Source: Eledone cirrhosa (lineage: Eukaryota). Taken from it: a stretch of 64,000 nucleotides of DNA. Positions 1 through 14,201 of this stretch are shown here, piece by piece. Under the pieces are notes generated by a model. That model had not been told where the DNA came from, ran no database searches, and worked only from the letters and a program-made list of their open reading frames with translations. The position numbers and the translations under genes were made by a program. Positions within the stretch are counted from its first letter, which is position 1; each line of letters begins with the position of its first letter. The stretch is taken from positions 331,390,001 through 331,454,000 of the forward strand of contig OZ024743.1 of assembly GCA_964016885.1 (NCBI GenBank). Reading direction: 5' to 3'.

Positions 1-914
1 CAGATCCAGAGCTATGATATTACATAGCCATGGTATAGATTTAACAGAGAACAGAAATTCAAAGCTATGATTCCATATAGCTATGATATAAATTTAACAT
101 TGAACAGAATAACTATGATAACATTGAACAGAATAACTATCACACACTCAGCTATAAATCTTGCAATGAAAGACTGAGAACTTTAAATGATATCCCACAC
201 CTAGTGTGATATCACTTAAGTGTTCACTCAAAGTCTCACTCCCAGATATATTGTTTTCTCTCCCCTCTGCTTCTTCTACAATGTCTCTGATCTTCTGAAT
301 AAACTAGCTACCAACTCCTCTTTGATTTAATCAACCCACCTTCCATTACTCTTATTGTGTCCCGCCCATCACTGATACCCTACTAAAAACCCTTCCTGAA
401 ACCTTTTTTCTTCCCAGTCAAGAGGTGCTGCTGCTCTGTAAAATTTACCACCCACTCCTCCCATCCCCATCTTTTCCTGAACACAATGATATACACATGT
501 TTTAACTCAACATCAGTCATATCAACTTTACCAATCCAGATCTGTTTCAACCATCAAATGTCATAGCACAGTAGTTTCCTTTCATTCACTAATTAATTTG
601 AAATGTGTGCATCCCAACACAAATGACCATAATAATAGTCAATCACTGTAAAATAATAATTGAGAAACTGGGGAATTTCATGTATTTCACTTATTCACAG
701 TTGAATAAATAACATTACAAATATGTTTATAATTTTTTTACAGAATAACATTATGAGAATACACAATGAATACAATTAATTGTTGCTAGGAACCTCATAA
801 ATATAATCCACAAAAATATATGATCCAAATGAGAAAAAAAGAAGAAAAAAAACAACCATCAATTCACAACCAAGTGTGACAATCAATCACACACTACAAG
901 GGTCAATGGAAATG

Positions 915-1150
915 TTAAGGCAAGCCAACATGCTCACAGCATTACCACAGGTGATGGTGAGGCTAAGGCACTGAAACAATCAAGTACACTCATGGGAATC
1001 ACCTGACACTTCAGTAAGGTGAGATGACAAGAACTTTGCTATCAGCGGCCCAGCTCCACTAAATATCTTGAACGCCACAGGCTAGAAAAAAATAGTTATT
1101 TGATAATTCCTGGTATTTTAGGATTTTATTCCGTTCAGCAAAGGAAGCAG
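915..1150 (-). pseudogene. Degenerate C-terminal restriction-like endonuclease region of a CRE-like (RLE-type) non-LTR retrotransposon
   Basis: Minus strand reads ASFAERNKILKYQELSNNYFF, frameshift, PVAFKIFSGAGPLIAKFL..LTEVSGDSHECT*LFQCLSLTITCGNAVSML. This resembles the A(E)xxKxxKY...PVAxETxG...LFQRLSxAIQRGNA tail of CRE-type elements (recalled consensus). Confidence 0.65.
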
Positions 1151-1557
1151 TGACCCTCACATTTACCATGACATCCATGGGAGGGAGCAAAAGAGTCACT
1201 GACTGTGGCATCTCAGAGACATCTGCCTCTGGCCCATATTTATATACTGATTCATACAAACAAATGTTTATCATTATTGTATATAATGTACTTACAACAC
1301 CCACAGTTCACTGTATACACAATGAAGTGTATATATACATGCTGGAATGAATGTATATTTGTGTATGTGAATGTTTATGTATGGATATCAAATAAAAATA
1401 CTTTCATGTATATATACAAAAGGGTACAATAAACTTAACTGGACATCATGATGACAGTGATGATGATGATGATGACGGTGATGTTGATAAGTATGATGAT
1501 GATGATGATGGTAATAATGAAGATGATGATGATGATGATAATGTAATGATTCTTAAC

Positions 1558-1607
1558 CTCGTACACTCTATCCAATCTTCTTCATAATGTTGATGATATG
1601 GAAGGTC
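1558..1607 (-). CDS. Candidate internal coding exon of an unidentified host gene (DLPYHQHYEEDWIECT-)
   Basis: Acceptor ttttgttttgtcattatcatccag| and donor GAG|gttaag bound 50 nt of unique sequence. It is open in phase 0, matching the phase-0 end of the exon at 5049. Confidence 0.55.
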
Positions 1608-1820
1608 CTGGATGATAATGACAAAACAAAAATTATTTCATGAGGTTTGTGGGAATACATTGAAAGGAAATATTTGAAATACAGATGAACACTTCACATT
1701 GTGATTGAGTCTGTACAAACAATAAGTGGCACTTTAGCAGAATTTGTATGTATGGACCCATACGTAACTCCTGGTAGAGTCATAGGAGTGCTGTAATAAC
1801 ATACAGTGTTTCTTGTTTAA

Positions 1821-2052
1821 CCCTTTCAAGACCATGTTTCTAATAAAATACACTCTATTTTAATTAACTAATGAAGTATTTTGAGTGAGTTACTAAAATT
1901 ATTAAATATTTCATTAGTAAGATAATAACTTAATGTAAGGTTCTTATATAAAATTATGCTGGAATATTTTTATTTAAATTGGAAACCTTTAAAATGGGTT
2001 GTTTTATTTCATAGAACCAGAGCCGGTTTTGGCCAGGTTAGTAACTAAAGGG
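1821..2052. mobile_element. piggyBac-type MITE
   Basis: TTAA|CCCTTT ... AAAGGG|TTAA termini; non-coding. Confidence 0.7.
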
Positions 2053-2330
2053 TTAAAACTCTTCTCTAAAACTGAATATGGCCAATTTTTTCAGAGTAAG
2101 GAGAGGATGTGAGAAAGTGATATAGAGGAAAAATCGACCTCAGTTCTAGACAGGTTTTTTTTTATCAACCTTGGAAGGATGAAAGGCAAAATTAACCTTG
2201 GTAGGATTTGAACTCAGAGTGCAGTAAACCAGAATGAATACCACAAAGCATTCTATCTAACATTGTAACAACTCTTTTAATTTGACACCTTTAGCAGAAT
2301 ATGAGTGAGGCTGAAATACCATGAGTTACT

Positions 2331-2640
2331 CTCTGGTCCCAAATAATAGTTGGGTGGGGTTGGAATAAGCAGTAATTTTTCTAGGTTGTCTCCATTGACC
2401 TTTTAAAAAACTAGAATTAGTCGTTTAGCTTACATATTGAGACCCCAACCCACCCTATTTATTTTATAACATGGGCTTTCGTTTAATGTACTTTTTTTGT
2501 CATGTATAATGTTTTTTAATGTATAAATAAAATTAATTGTCACAGGAATGTTACCACTTAACATAAGTTTCACCAGAGATAGGTAAGCAAAATTTCATAA
2601 GAAGGGTCGGAATAAATCTGAAAAGTTAATAAACAATATC
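2331..2640. mobile_element. Non-autonomous DNA transposon/MITE fragment (homologous to 47440-47652)
   Basis: About 170 bp shared with 47445-47620. Left end TACTCTCTGGTCCCAAATAAT resembles the reverse complement of the right end of the second copy. Confidence 0.5.
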
Positions 2641-3629
2641 TATAAAATAACAGTAGTAACATATGCACTGAGAGGCATCATTATTTAAAGCACATCCTTC
2701 TAAATTTTGAACATTTGTGACACACTTTTGAAAAATATATATTATTCTTTACACATAAATTTTGTTAATGACACAAAAATTGATAAAAAATAAAATAGCA
2801 TATCTTATGATATTAGACACAGGAACCTTAATTCTGTACACAATAATTTCATTATTATTATTATTCATTAATTCTACACATAGTAGAGACATGTCAAATA
2901 TAGTTCCAATATTTACAAAAATTTAAGTCAAATATTTGTAAAATTGATCAAATGTTATTTAATTTTGTGATACACATAGAGATTATTGGTGACACACAGT
3001 TTGGAAACTGCTTATCTAAAGTGACATGGGACTGACTAAAGTAATACAAGTCTAGCTAAATATATTTATTGTATTAAAGCTGTTGTACCAACCATGTAAA
3101 ATATAAGTTATGCTAAAAAAGAAAATAAGGGCTTGTTTGAAACAGTGATATATATATTTTTTAAATCTGGATGGTTATATTCATTTAATCAATTTAAACA
3201 TCTGTATAGAGCTAGTAAGCCATGACAGACTAGGGGAAGTATCTAGTATTTCTTACAGTTGAGAAACAAAACACAAGATATACAGAGATAAGTGAGTGTA
3301 AAAATATTTAAAAAAAATAAAATAAAATAAGATTCAAACAGAGGTCAATAGGAGGCAAAATAAGCATAAAAAAAAAAAAATTTAGGTTTAAAAGAATTTG
3401 TTATTTATGTATATTTATGTATAGCTTATAAACAAAACATTTAAAATATTGTATTGATGTTTAATACTTGAGAGTCATTTCTAATTAAACTAAGAGATTT
3501 CTACAGGGTCAGCTAGTTTGTGTTAAAAGTAGCTTGAGAATGAGATTAATGTAAAATGAAGCCGAAATAAAGAGAATAAGGTTAATTACTGAAAAAAAAG
3601 ATTGATATAAGAATATAGTTTATTTGTGA

Positions 3630-3972
3630 CTGGGTCAAATGTTGACTGTGGATGTGTCTATGGTTGACAGTGGATGGAACAACACTTGGCAGTGGGTAAG
3701 TCTAATCTTGTACATGGGTGGGCCTATAGTCGGCTGTGGATGGGTCTATAGTCAGCAGTGGGTGAAATTATAATCACATGTAGGGGGGGGGGCTATAGTC
3801 AGCAGTGAGTGAGACTATGGTCAAATGTGGGAGGGACTATAGTCAAAAGTGGGTAGGACTATAGTCAAAAGTGGGTAGGACTATAGTAAAAAGTGGGTGG
3901 GACTATAGTCAAAAGTGGGTGGGACTAAAGCCTGGAGTAAATGAAATTATAATCAAAAGTGGGTAGGACTAC
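3630..3972. repeat. Degenerate 22-bp minisatellite (GGACTATAGTCAAAAGTGGGTA)
   Basis: About 4 near-perfect units at 3834-3926 with decayed flanking units. Confidence 0.8.
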
Positions 3973-3973
3973 C

Positions 3974-4310
3974 ATGCGTTGTTGGGTGTGCAATGTAAAT
4001 GTGAGAGAAAGGCAGGGATGAACTGAGGGAGAAACTGGGTTTAAGAGGAATCCGGTAGTGTGCATGAAAGAAGACTGCATTGGTACGAACATGTGATGCG
4101 CATGGTGAAGAAATCCCAAGAAATCCCAGTGGTAGGAACTGCAGTAGAGGTAGACCAAGAAAGACATGGGGAGAGGTGGTTAAAGCTGACCTCAAATTGC
4201 TGAGGCTCACAGAGGAGATGATAAAGGAACACAACTAGTGGAGAGATGCTGTACTGAAAAGGACCTGTCCAACCTACACAAGCATGGAGAAACAGACGTA
4301 AAAACAATGA
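3974..4310 (+). mobile_element. Old RTE LINE 3' end fragment
   Basis: Decayed homology to 29290-29640 (agaagactgcattggtacgaacatgtgatgcgcatg; gtagaggtagaccaagaaagacatgg; caagcatggagaaacagacgtaaaa). Confidence 0.8.
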
Positions 4311-4509
4311 AGGTGATTCTAAATCTTGTTGGCTCATAGCAGTGTTTTCTTCTGTATCAATCAAAACAATGAAAGTCCTTAATAGAGTTAGCAAAGTTTT
4401 ATAAATACATCAAAGATATCTCCTAAATAGATATTGAAGTACAGGTGATATATTGTAGAGAAAGTGAGAGAAAGATTTAACATAGTTTACAATAAGCTTT
4501 CAGGAAATA

Positions 4510-5055
4510 CAATTGAGTGTAGGTCTGTGAGTGTTATATTTGAGTGTAAGTCTATGAAATATTCTTCTAAAAAAGACGAGAGAGTTTTAGAGTGGGGGTT
4601 ACTTTTCAATTTGAGGTAAGGTCTGTGGAGTGTTACTCTAAATAATGACAAACAGGACAGGAGTAGAGTGAGTATTACATTTGAGTGTAGGGCTATTGAG
4701 TGCTACATTTGAGTATAGGGCTGAGGAATGCTACATTTGAGTGGAGGTTTGTGAAATATTCTAAATGTGGAAAATAGGCTTAGAATAGGGGACATTTTTC
4801 AATGTAAGTTCTACTCTAAATAAGGAGAGATATTACTAGTGTGAGTGCTACATTTGAGTGTAGGTCTATGTAGTACTACTCTAAATATAGAGAAATAGTA
4901 TTAGAGTGAGTGCTACATGTGAGTGTAGGTCTGTGGAGTTCTACTCTAATTAAGGAGAGATATTATGAGAGTGAGTGCTTCATTTGAGTGTAGGTCTATT
5001 GAGTTCTACTCTAAATAAGGAGAGATATAGTATTAGAGTGAGTGTTACCTTTTCA
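4510..5055. repeat. Degenerate ~65-bp tandem repeat abutting the exon donor
   Basis: Recurrent gagtgagtgctacatttgagtgtaggtct...tactctaaataaggagagata units. Confidence 0.7.
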
Positions 5056-5093
5056 ATGCGAGCCGAATAAGCATCCGTTCCCGAAAAAGCCAT
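5049..5093 (-). CDS. Candidate first coding segment (MAFSGTDAYSARIEK) within a putative exon 5049-5283
   Basis: Acceptor tatttctccctcttcag| at 5283, donor AAG|gtaac at 5049, ATG at 5093. Splices in frame to 1558-1607, whereas the alternative ATG at 5209 would hit TAG in that exon. Confidence 0.5.
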
Positions 5094-5868
5094 TTCTTGT
5101 AGTGGTTTCCTTTATTTGGTGAATGTTTCTGTCGACAGTCTGAGAAATATTTGCCAGTTCCACTCACAATGGTCACCATTGTATAGTGGCTTAAATATGT
5201 AAATTTCATCTAATCCATTAGACTGACTAACGAGACGTTATCAACTTTCAAATGATTACTATTCTTTCTCTGGTGAGGAATGACTGAAGAGGGAGAAATA
5301 GTGAATGATGCCATAGCAATAATATATAGCGTGATTCTACACTCAAGTAAGTGTGACTGGACAAAGTACATTAAACCATTTTTGACAAAATCTCAGCATA
5401 ATAATTTATATCTTGCCTACACAATATCTGTGTGTGTATGTGGATGGCTGTGTGTGTGTGTGTGGCTGTATGAATGGTTTCTGTGCGCGTGGCTGTATGA
5501 ATGGTTGTGTGCGCGTGGCTGTATGGATGGTTGTGTGTGCATGCGTGGCTATATGGATGGCTGTGTGTCTGTGTTTGAGTGTGTGTCCGTGTGTGGTTAT
5601 ATGAATGGTTGTGTGTCTATGTCTGTGTGTGTGTGGATGGTTGTGTTTCTATGTATGCATGTGTATGTGTGGCTGTATGGATGGTTGTGTGTCTGTGTGT
5701 GGTTGTAAGGATGGTTGTGTGTCTGTGTGTGTCGGTGGCTGTATGGATGGTTGTGTGTTTGTGTGTGTGGCTGTATAGATGGTTGTGTGTGTGGCTGAAT
5801 GGATGGTTGTGTGTGTGTGTGGCTGAATGGATGGTTTTGTGTGTGTGTGTGTGTGGCTGAATGGATGG

Positions 5869-5926
<58 letters not shown>

Positions 5927-6024
5927 CTGAATGGATGGTTGTGTGTGTGTGGTCTATAATTTCTCTAAGATATGAGAAAAAATGACAAAAGTAAAAATAA
6001 AATATTTCCCCAGTGTTAGTTAGA

Positions 6025-6320
6025 GTGAAAGCACGCGGTCTCTGGTGGTTAGAATATTCAGCTCATGATTAAAAGGTTGTGGTTTCAATTCTCAGGCTGA
6101 CTAGAATGTTGTATGTCATGTCCTTCAGCAAGACACTTCATTTCACATTGTTCCAGTCCACTCAAGAGAAAAAACGTGAGTATTATTAGCAGCAACTGAA
6201 GGTTAATCCAGTGATAGACTGGCGTCTTATCCAGGGGTGGAGAGTCTCGTATACTCAGTCACTTAACACCACATGAAAAGCTCTGACCCGATAGCCTGTA
6301 AGGTTTGGACAACAGACAGA
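6025..6320 (+). mobile_element. tRNA-derived CORE-like SINE
   Basis: tggtggttaga...tttcaattc head followed by tgtccttcagcaagacacttcatttcacattg CORE-like block. Confidence 0.65.
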
Positions 6321-7291
6321 ACTTGGTACTTTAAAGTTAGTGTAAGTTACAGTGAAGAATGTGAACAACAGCAAAGGTTGATGTGATGAGATTTAAAGTT
6401 TATAAAAGTATTTCTATATAAATGTATACCATTGTATGAAAATAACAATGGAATTGGTAGTTTTCTTCCTTGCATTGAGAGCAGAATTCCATGTAGTGTG
6501 AGAATCTGTTTCAAAGAAATCATAAGACAAGTTTTTAATAATTCATAAACCTGTCCAAGACTCATTCATACATATCTATATTCTGATACATACAGACATA
6601 CATAGATAGATAGACATAGGTATACATACATATAGACATACATACATGCACTCCTATAGAGATACACACACATACATAGACACACACACATATACACAAA
6701 CATGCACGCACACATACATACATTAGACACACACACACATATATATATACACATAAATACACATGCCTGCACACATACATAGACACACAATTCTTGAGAA
6801 AAGAAGTCAAATGATAGAAAAGGATATATAATTTTGAAATTTATATAAATAATGAGAATAAAACTAATTCTCTACTTCCAATATACAACATAAACACACA
6901 AACATATACATATATCTATTACACATACTAGCATATGTTTATATATCTTTTATACAAACAATTGAAAAATATATTCACTACAATGAGGATAACTATAATA
7001 ATAAGGATAAATATTTGTTAAATAAATCAGGTAAAGTATGTTTTGAGATTGAAAAAGTCTGTCCCTTTTTTTTCCATCTCCAGAGGTACTTAATTCAATT
7101 TATTCAACTATTATCTATAGTTATCTGCACTGCGATAACTATTATTTCAAATTATTTAATGCATTATAAATCACACACACGCACCACACACATATATATA
7201 TATATACACACACACATATATATATATACACACACACACATATGTATATACACACATATATATATATATATACACACACACACATGTATAT

Positions 7292-7329
<38 letters not shown>

Positions 7330-7358
7330 ATACAGAAATATATACACATATACATACA

Positions 7359-7402
<44 letters not shown>

Positions 7403-7738
7403 ACTCTCTCTATGTTACACACACTAGTTTATCTAATAAGCAACTTTCAACGCATGCGGTTAGTAAGTTGCTCTATCAAAATGATATATGCAATAATGCA
7501 TGCATGTGTCCAAGTGTAGATGAATGAGAACAGGCACATAACCACACATCTATATATGTGTGTATGTGTGTGCATGCCTATCACTGCCCCTTCTTCTGCT
7601 GGAACCTACCCGATGGCTCTAGCCATCAGCTTCCAAAATTCATAGCTATAGGCTTTCAAATGTTTAATCATAAGCATATGTATGCAAATACACATACCAA
7701 TATCTATACAGTTATGTGGGAGAGAACACCTTAATTAC

Positions 7739-7801
<63 letters not shown>

Positions 7802-8200
7802 AGTTCTCTCAGTGGCCCAGCGGTAGTTACTAGAGACGGTGGAGAACCTGGTCTTGGGTTCAATCCTGGTCAAGAGTAACATGTAAACTTTTAAAAGCCG
7901 ACCTTACCCAATTACACCCGACCTCCCACGGGTACAAGCCGAAGCTGAAGCATATAGACAATATGCCCCCACACCCTCCCACTGCAAAGTGGTCGTGGAG
8001 GTGCCATGGCAAAAAGCACCCAACACTCACTGTAAATGAGGTTGGTTAGGAAGGGCGTCCAGCTGTAGAAATCAAGCCAGAATCAATTCCTGTATGAGCA
8101 AGACAAGGTCAGCCAGTTGGACATTGCCCACAACAGGACAACCCGTCTAACCCATGCTAGCATGGAAGAATGGACATAAAACGGGGTGATGATGATGGTG
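7802..8200 (+). mobile_element. tRNA-derived SINE with RTE-type 3' tail
   Basis: A-box tggcccagcgg, B-box gggttcaatcc, shared ggaagggcgtccagctgtagaaa module, tail cccatgctagcatggaagaatggacataaa followed by (TGA)n. Confidence 0.75.
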
Positions 8201-8241
<41 letters not shown>

Positions 8242-8547
8242 ATAAATTGAAATGTCAAATGTGTTGCTGCAATTTTTAGATGATAATCCTTTTCTGTGAA
8301 TTATTGAAATGAAATAGATTTCATAGATTCCAGTTACATTTGTGCACATATACACACATATATATATACAAATATTTATATGTAGAAATATTCATATATA
8401 TATATATATTTATAAATTACACAATAATCAAATTGTACATTTCACCTTGTAAATATGAAACTGTTGACAACATTAATATCCATGTATCTATATATATTTA
8501 TATCAATGATATTAAATAAATGGAAACTAACTTTATAAACCCATATC

Positions 8548-8608
8548 TATTCTATTAAATATATTTCAAGAGTACCAAAACTTTGGTACGCTCTCATCAG
8601 ATAAAATA
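8548..8608 (-). ncRNA. Type I hammerhead ribozyme motif (minimal stem III)
   Basis: Minus strand: TATTTTAT-CTGATGA-gagcGTACCAAA gt TTTGGTACtctt-GAAA-TATATT-TA-ATAGAATA. Stem I is 8 bp with one GU pair. Confidence 0.75.
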
Positions 8609-10564
8609 CAAAGTTTGTTTTATAAATAGTGACATACCCAGGAATCAGACCTTAACGGTTCAAGTTCCGTCTGGAGAGTGACAGGAGAGAGGGCAAAGGG
8701 GAAGAAAGGAAAAAACAAATATTGCAAATTATTTTGATGAATATGCAAAGGAAGTAATACACTGGCATAATTGCTGGCCTTGTGCCAAAAGTAGAAACAA
8801 TTATTATTTGAGTAATGTTAATGTTCATGAATGGCAGGGCATGGATGAACTAAGATGAAAACCTGGGTAGACGTAGTTGCAGTTGATCTCAAAATATTGA
8901 GCCACACGAAGCAGATGATGGAATGCAAGGAGTAGAGGACCCATCCAACCCATGCAAGCTTGGCAAAACATGTAACATGATGATGATGATGAGTATACTA
9001 TCAATATGATTACATGTATGCAGATATGAACTAAGTGCATATGTCATAAGACCTATTACACATTCAGTAATTGCTATAAGAATTATACATGCATGCACAC
9101 GCATGCATGCATGCTCTCACACACGTTCACAAGGACACACATTCACATAGAGACACACACACATATATATATATATACACACACCCATATATATATATAC
9201 ACACACACGTATACACACACACACACATACACACATATACATACACACACATATATATACATACACACACATATATACACACACACACACATACACACAC
9301 ACATATATATACATACACACACACATATATATACATACACACACACACATATATATATATACATACATAATATATTCATGAGTGTTCTTAGTTACGGCAA
9401 TATTTATGACCATCTTAGAAGTCAATGTAGATGTAAATATCCAATTCAAGTAGAAGGTCATAAGTGATTTGTGGGACGATTGTATCCTCATATATGTCAT
9501 TGAGTATTCTAAACTAGAGTCAAAAACCATAATGGTAAACAATAAAAGAATAGGGAAAACAAAGTGAAGTAGTTAAGTAATCCATTGTTTTATTATTGCT
9601 TCAGAGAGCAAAATATTGATGGGCAACATAAATGTGAAAGAAAAGCAGAGGTTGGATGAGTTGAAGGTGAAGCTGGGTTTAAAACAAATCCAAGGTGGTG
9701 TGCAAGAGAGAAGACTGCATTGGTTTGGCTATGGACAATCATCGTTGGGTGAAGAAATGGATAGAAGCTGCAGTAGAGCTTGACAAAGAAAGACCTGGCC
9801 AGAGGTAGTGAGAGATGACTTCAAATCACTGAGACTCACAGAAGAGATGATAAAGGATCGCTTGTGGGGAGATGTTCCCTTGGTCCCATCTGATGAGCTG
9901 ATGGCTGCTGAGTGCACAACTTCATATTATATTATATGTGTGTATGTATATACAGTTATAATGAAATAAAACCCATGCTAGCGTGGAAGATGGACGTTAA
10001 ACGAAGATGATGAAAAGTAGTTGATATAGAACCATGTAAAAGTCATATCAAGGAAATATATAGATATATATGGTATGGTATGATATAGCCTAGTAAACTC
10101 CTGATGTAGTTGTAGGGGCACCATATTGACATATGGCAAATCCAGGGCATTGTTTAAGCCTGGCAGAGCCCATCCTTCTCCAAGCCTGAATACAGCAGAT
10201 TTCTTCCAGAGAAGGATAGAGAGGGTGAGAGAATGGAAGTGAGACATATAGAGGAAGAATTGATCCCAGTACTAGACTGGTACTTTTTTTATTGAGTAGA
10301 TGAAAGGCAAAGTTGACCTCAGTGGGATTTGAACTCCAATGTTTTAATGACTCTGGCAATTCACTGCCTCTCTCTCTATATTCACATACATTGCATAATG
10401 TATGTGAATATGTGTGTATAGTTATTAAATATCATAGCATGCAGTCATATGTGTGTGTGTGTGTGTGTATGTGTGTGTGTGTGTGTGTGTGTATGTGTGT
10501 GTGTGTGTGTGTGGACAAGGAAAGATATACAGGCAGAGTGAACATGTGTATTTTCATATAATAT

Positions 10565-10720
10565 AATTGTTTCTACTTTTGGCACAAGGCCAGCAATTAC
10601 CCAGTGTATTACTGGTACTTTATTTTATCGACCCCGTAAGGATGAAAGGCAAAGTTAACCTCAGCGGGATTTGAACTCAGACCATAGAGGGACGTCCGAC
10701 TCTCTACCGATACTGTCAGA
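10565..10720 (-). mobile_element. Nin/Deu-like domain SINE
   Basis: Reverse complement contains gagttcaaatccc (B-box) and gcctttcatccttacggggtcgataaaataaagtaccag. Confidence 0.75.
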
Positions 10721-11674
10721 TAGTTTAAATATGTGTGTGTGCATGTGAGATATAGAGAGAGATAGGCAGGCAGAGAGTGCATTCTTTCATAAGACATGAA
10801 AGTCTGAAAGTTTGGATGTGTGGATGAGTGTGTGTGTAACATATATATACATAAGTACACAAATACAAACATACATACACACAGACAAGATACATACATA
10901 CATACTGATAGACAGACATACAAATTGAGACACAGAGACACAAACAGAATGCATATTTTGATATGAGATTATAGAATTCTGGTTGTGTGTGAGTGAAGTC
11001 TGGATATATATGCATGCAACATATATGCATGCATGCATGCACACACACACACACATGCAGAGACAGACAGGCAAGCTGACAGACAGAGAGTATACATGTG
11101 ATCATATATGAAAGCCTGAATGTGTTTGTCTATGTATGTGTGTATGTCTATATGTATGCATATATGTCTATATGTATGTGTGTGTGTCTATATGTATATG
11201 TGTCTATATGTATGTGTTTGTATGTATGTCTTATGTATGTATGCTTGTATATGTGTCTATATGTATATATATATGTTTGTATGTATGTATGTATGTATGT
11301 ATGTATGTTTGTATACGTATCTATATATATGTATAGTTGTAAATATAACACGCACACGTGTGTTCTTTTAAACTTTTATTCTGTTAGAGAATTCAGGCCT
11401 CAGACAAGGTCATGCTGGAGCAAGCCTCAACTTAGTCAATCAGATCAACTCCAGCACATTTTTTTATCCATCTCTTTCCTGTTGAACAGTTAAGTTACAG
11501 GACAGACACAAACACAGACACACACATACACACGACAGGCTTCTGCACTATTATTGTCTACCAAATTCCACTGACAAGACATTGGTCAACCTGAGACTAT
11601 AGTAGTAGACACTTCCTGAAGATGCCATGCAGTAGGAATAACAGAATAACATGGTTGTGAAGCAAACTCCATAT

Positions 11675-13709
11675 GAGACAGACAGAACTACCTACATGAC
11701 AGACAGACAGAACTACCTATATGACAGACAGACAGAACTACCTACATGACAGACAGACAGAACTACCTACATGACAGACAGACAGAACTACCTACATGAC
11801 AGACAGACAGAACTACCTACATGACAGACAGACAGAACTACCTACATGACAGACAGACAGAACTACCTACATGACAGACAGACAGAACTACCTACATGAC
11901 AGACAGACAGAACTACCTACATGACAGACAGACAGAACTACCTACATGACAGACAGACAGAACTACCTACATGACAGACAGACAGAACTACCTACATGAC
12001 AGACTGAACTACCTACATGACAGACAGACAGAACTACCTACATGACAGACAGACAGAACTACCTACATGACAGACAGACAGAACTACCTACATGACAGAC
12101 AGACAGAACTACCTACATGACAGACAGACAGAACTACCTACATGACAGACAGACAGAACTACCTACATGACAGACTGAACTACCTACATGACAGACAGAC
12201 AGAACTACCTACATGACAGACAGACAGAACTACCTACATGACAGACAGAACTACCTACATGACAGACAGAACTACCTACATGACAGACAGACAGAACTAC
12301 CTACATGACAGACAGAACTACCTACATGACAGACAGACAGAACTACCTACATGACAGACAGAACTACCTACATGACAGACAGACAGAACTACCTACATGA
12401 CAGACAGACAGAACTACCTACATGACAGACAGACAGAACTACCTACATGACAGACAGACAGAACTACCTACATGACAGACAGACAGAACTACCTACATGA
12501 CAGACAGACAGAACTACCTACATGACAGACAGACAGAACTACCTACATGACAGACAGACAGAACTACCTACATGACAGACAGACAGAACTACCTACATGA
12601 CAGACAGACAGAACTACCTACATGACAGACTGAACTACCTACATGACAGACAGACAGAACTACCTACATGACAGACAGACAGAACTACCTACATGACAGA
12701 CAGAACTACCTACATGACAGACAGAACTACCTACATGACAGACAGACAGAACTACCTACATGACAGACAGAACTACCTACATGACAGACAGACAGAACTA
12801 CCTACATGACAGACAGAACTACCTACATGACAGACAGACAGAACTACCTACATGACAGACAGAACTACCTACATGACAGACAGACAGAACTACCTACATG
12901 ACAGACAGAACTACCTACATGACAGACAGACAGAACTACCTACATGACAGACAGAACTACCTACATGACAGACAGACAGAACTACCTACATGACAGACAG
13001 ACAGAACTACCTACATGACAGACAGAACTACCTACATGACAGACAGACAGAACTACCTACATGACAGACAGAACTACCTACATGACAGACAGACAGAACT
13101 ACCTACATGACAGACAGACAGAACTACCTACATGACAGACAGAACTACCTACATGACAGACAGACAGAACTACCTACATGACAGACAGACAGAACTACCT
13201 ACATGACAGACAGAACTACCTACATGACAGACAGACAGAACTACCTACATGACAGACAGAACTACCTACATGACAGACAGACAGAACAACCTACATGACA
13301 GACAGACAGAACTACCTACATGACAGACAGACAGAACTACCTACATGACAGACAGACAGAACTACCTACATGACAGACAGACAGAACTACCTACATGACA
13401 GACAGACAGAACTACCTACATGACAGACTGAACTACCTACATGACAGACAGACAGAACTACCTACATGACAGACAGACTGAACTACCTACATGACAGACA
13501 GACAGAACTACCTACATGACAGACAGACAGAACTACCTACATGACAGACAGACTGAACTACCTACATGACAGACAGACAGAACTACCTACATCACAGACA
13601 GAACTACCTACATGACAGACAGACAGAACTACCTACATGACAGACAGACAGAACTACCTACATGACAGACAGAACTACCTACATGACAGACAGACAGAAC
13701 TACCTACAT
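11675..13709. repeat. 2-kb homogeneous minisatellite, 25-bp unit ATGACAGACAGACAGAACTACCTAC with 21-bp variants
   Basis: Direct tandem array; length variants differ by one GACA. Confidence 0.97.
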
Positions 13710-14147
13710 GCCTCCATGTTATATTATGAAATATCAAATGTGTGAATGTGAATGTGTGTATATGATTATAAAGTATTTTAGCATGCATACATGTGTGCAT
13801 GTATGGTTGCAAAGCACTATAGCATGTATGCATGTGTGTGTGTGTGTGTTGTTGGTTATAAAGTACTATAGCATGTATGTGTGTATGTGTGTGTGTGTGT
13901 GTTGTTGGTTATAAAGTACTATAGCATGTATGTGTGTGTATGGGTATGTGACAGACTGACAAAGTACACCTGTTTTTAGAGGACACTACAAAAGCCTGCG
14001 TGTGTGTGTGTGTGTGTGTGTGTGGATGCATGTGAATGTGCATGTCTGTGTGTGAATGTGTTAGTGTGTATGTTTGTAGGGCTGTGTTAGTGTGTGTGCA
14101 TGCTATATTAGATTATTGTTACACAATCTCTCTCTCTCCACAAATAT

Positions 14148-14198
<51 letters not shown>

Positions 14199-14201
<3 letters not shown>

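Noticed and set aside
9890-9935. CTGATGA heptamers here and at about 53487 (minus) and 54990
   Set aside because: No correctly placed stem II, GAAA and UH.
11675-13709. CRISPR-like appearance of the regular repeats (also 39150-40570)
   Set aside because: No unique spacers, no cas genes, eukaryotic context.
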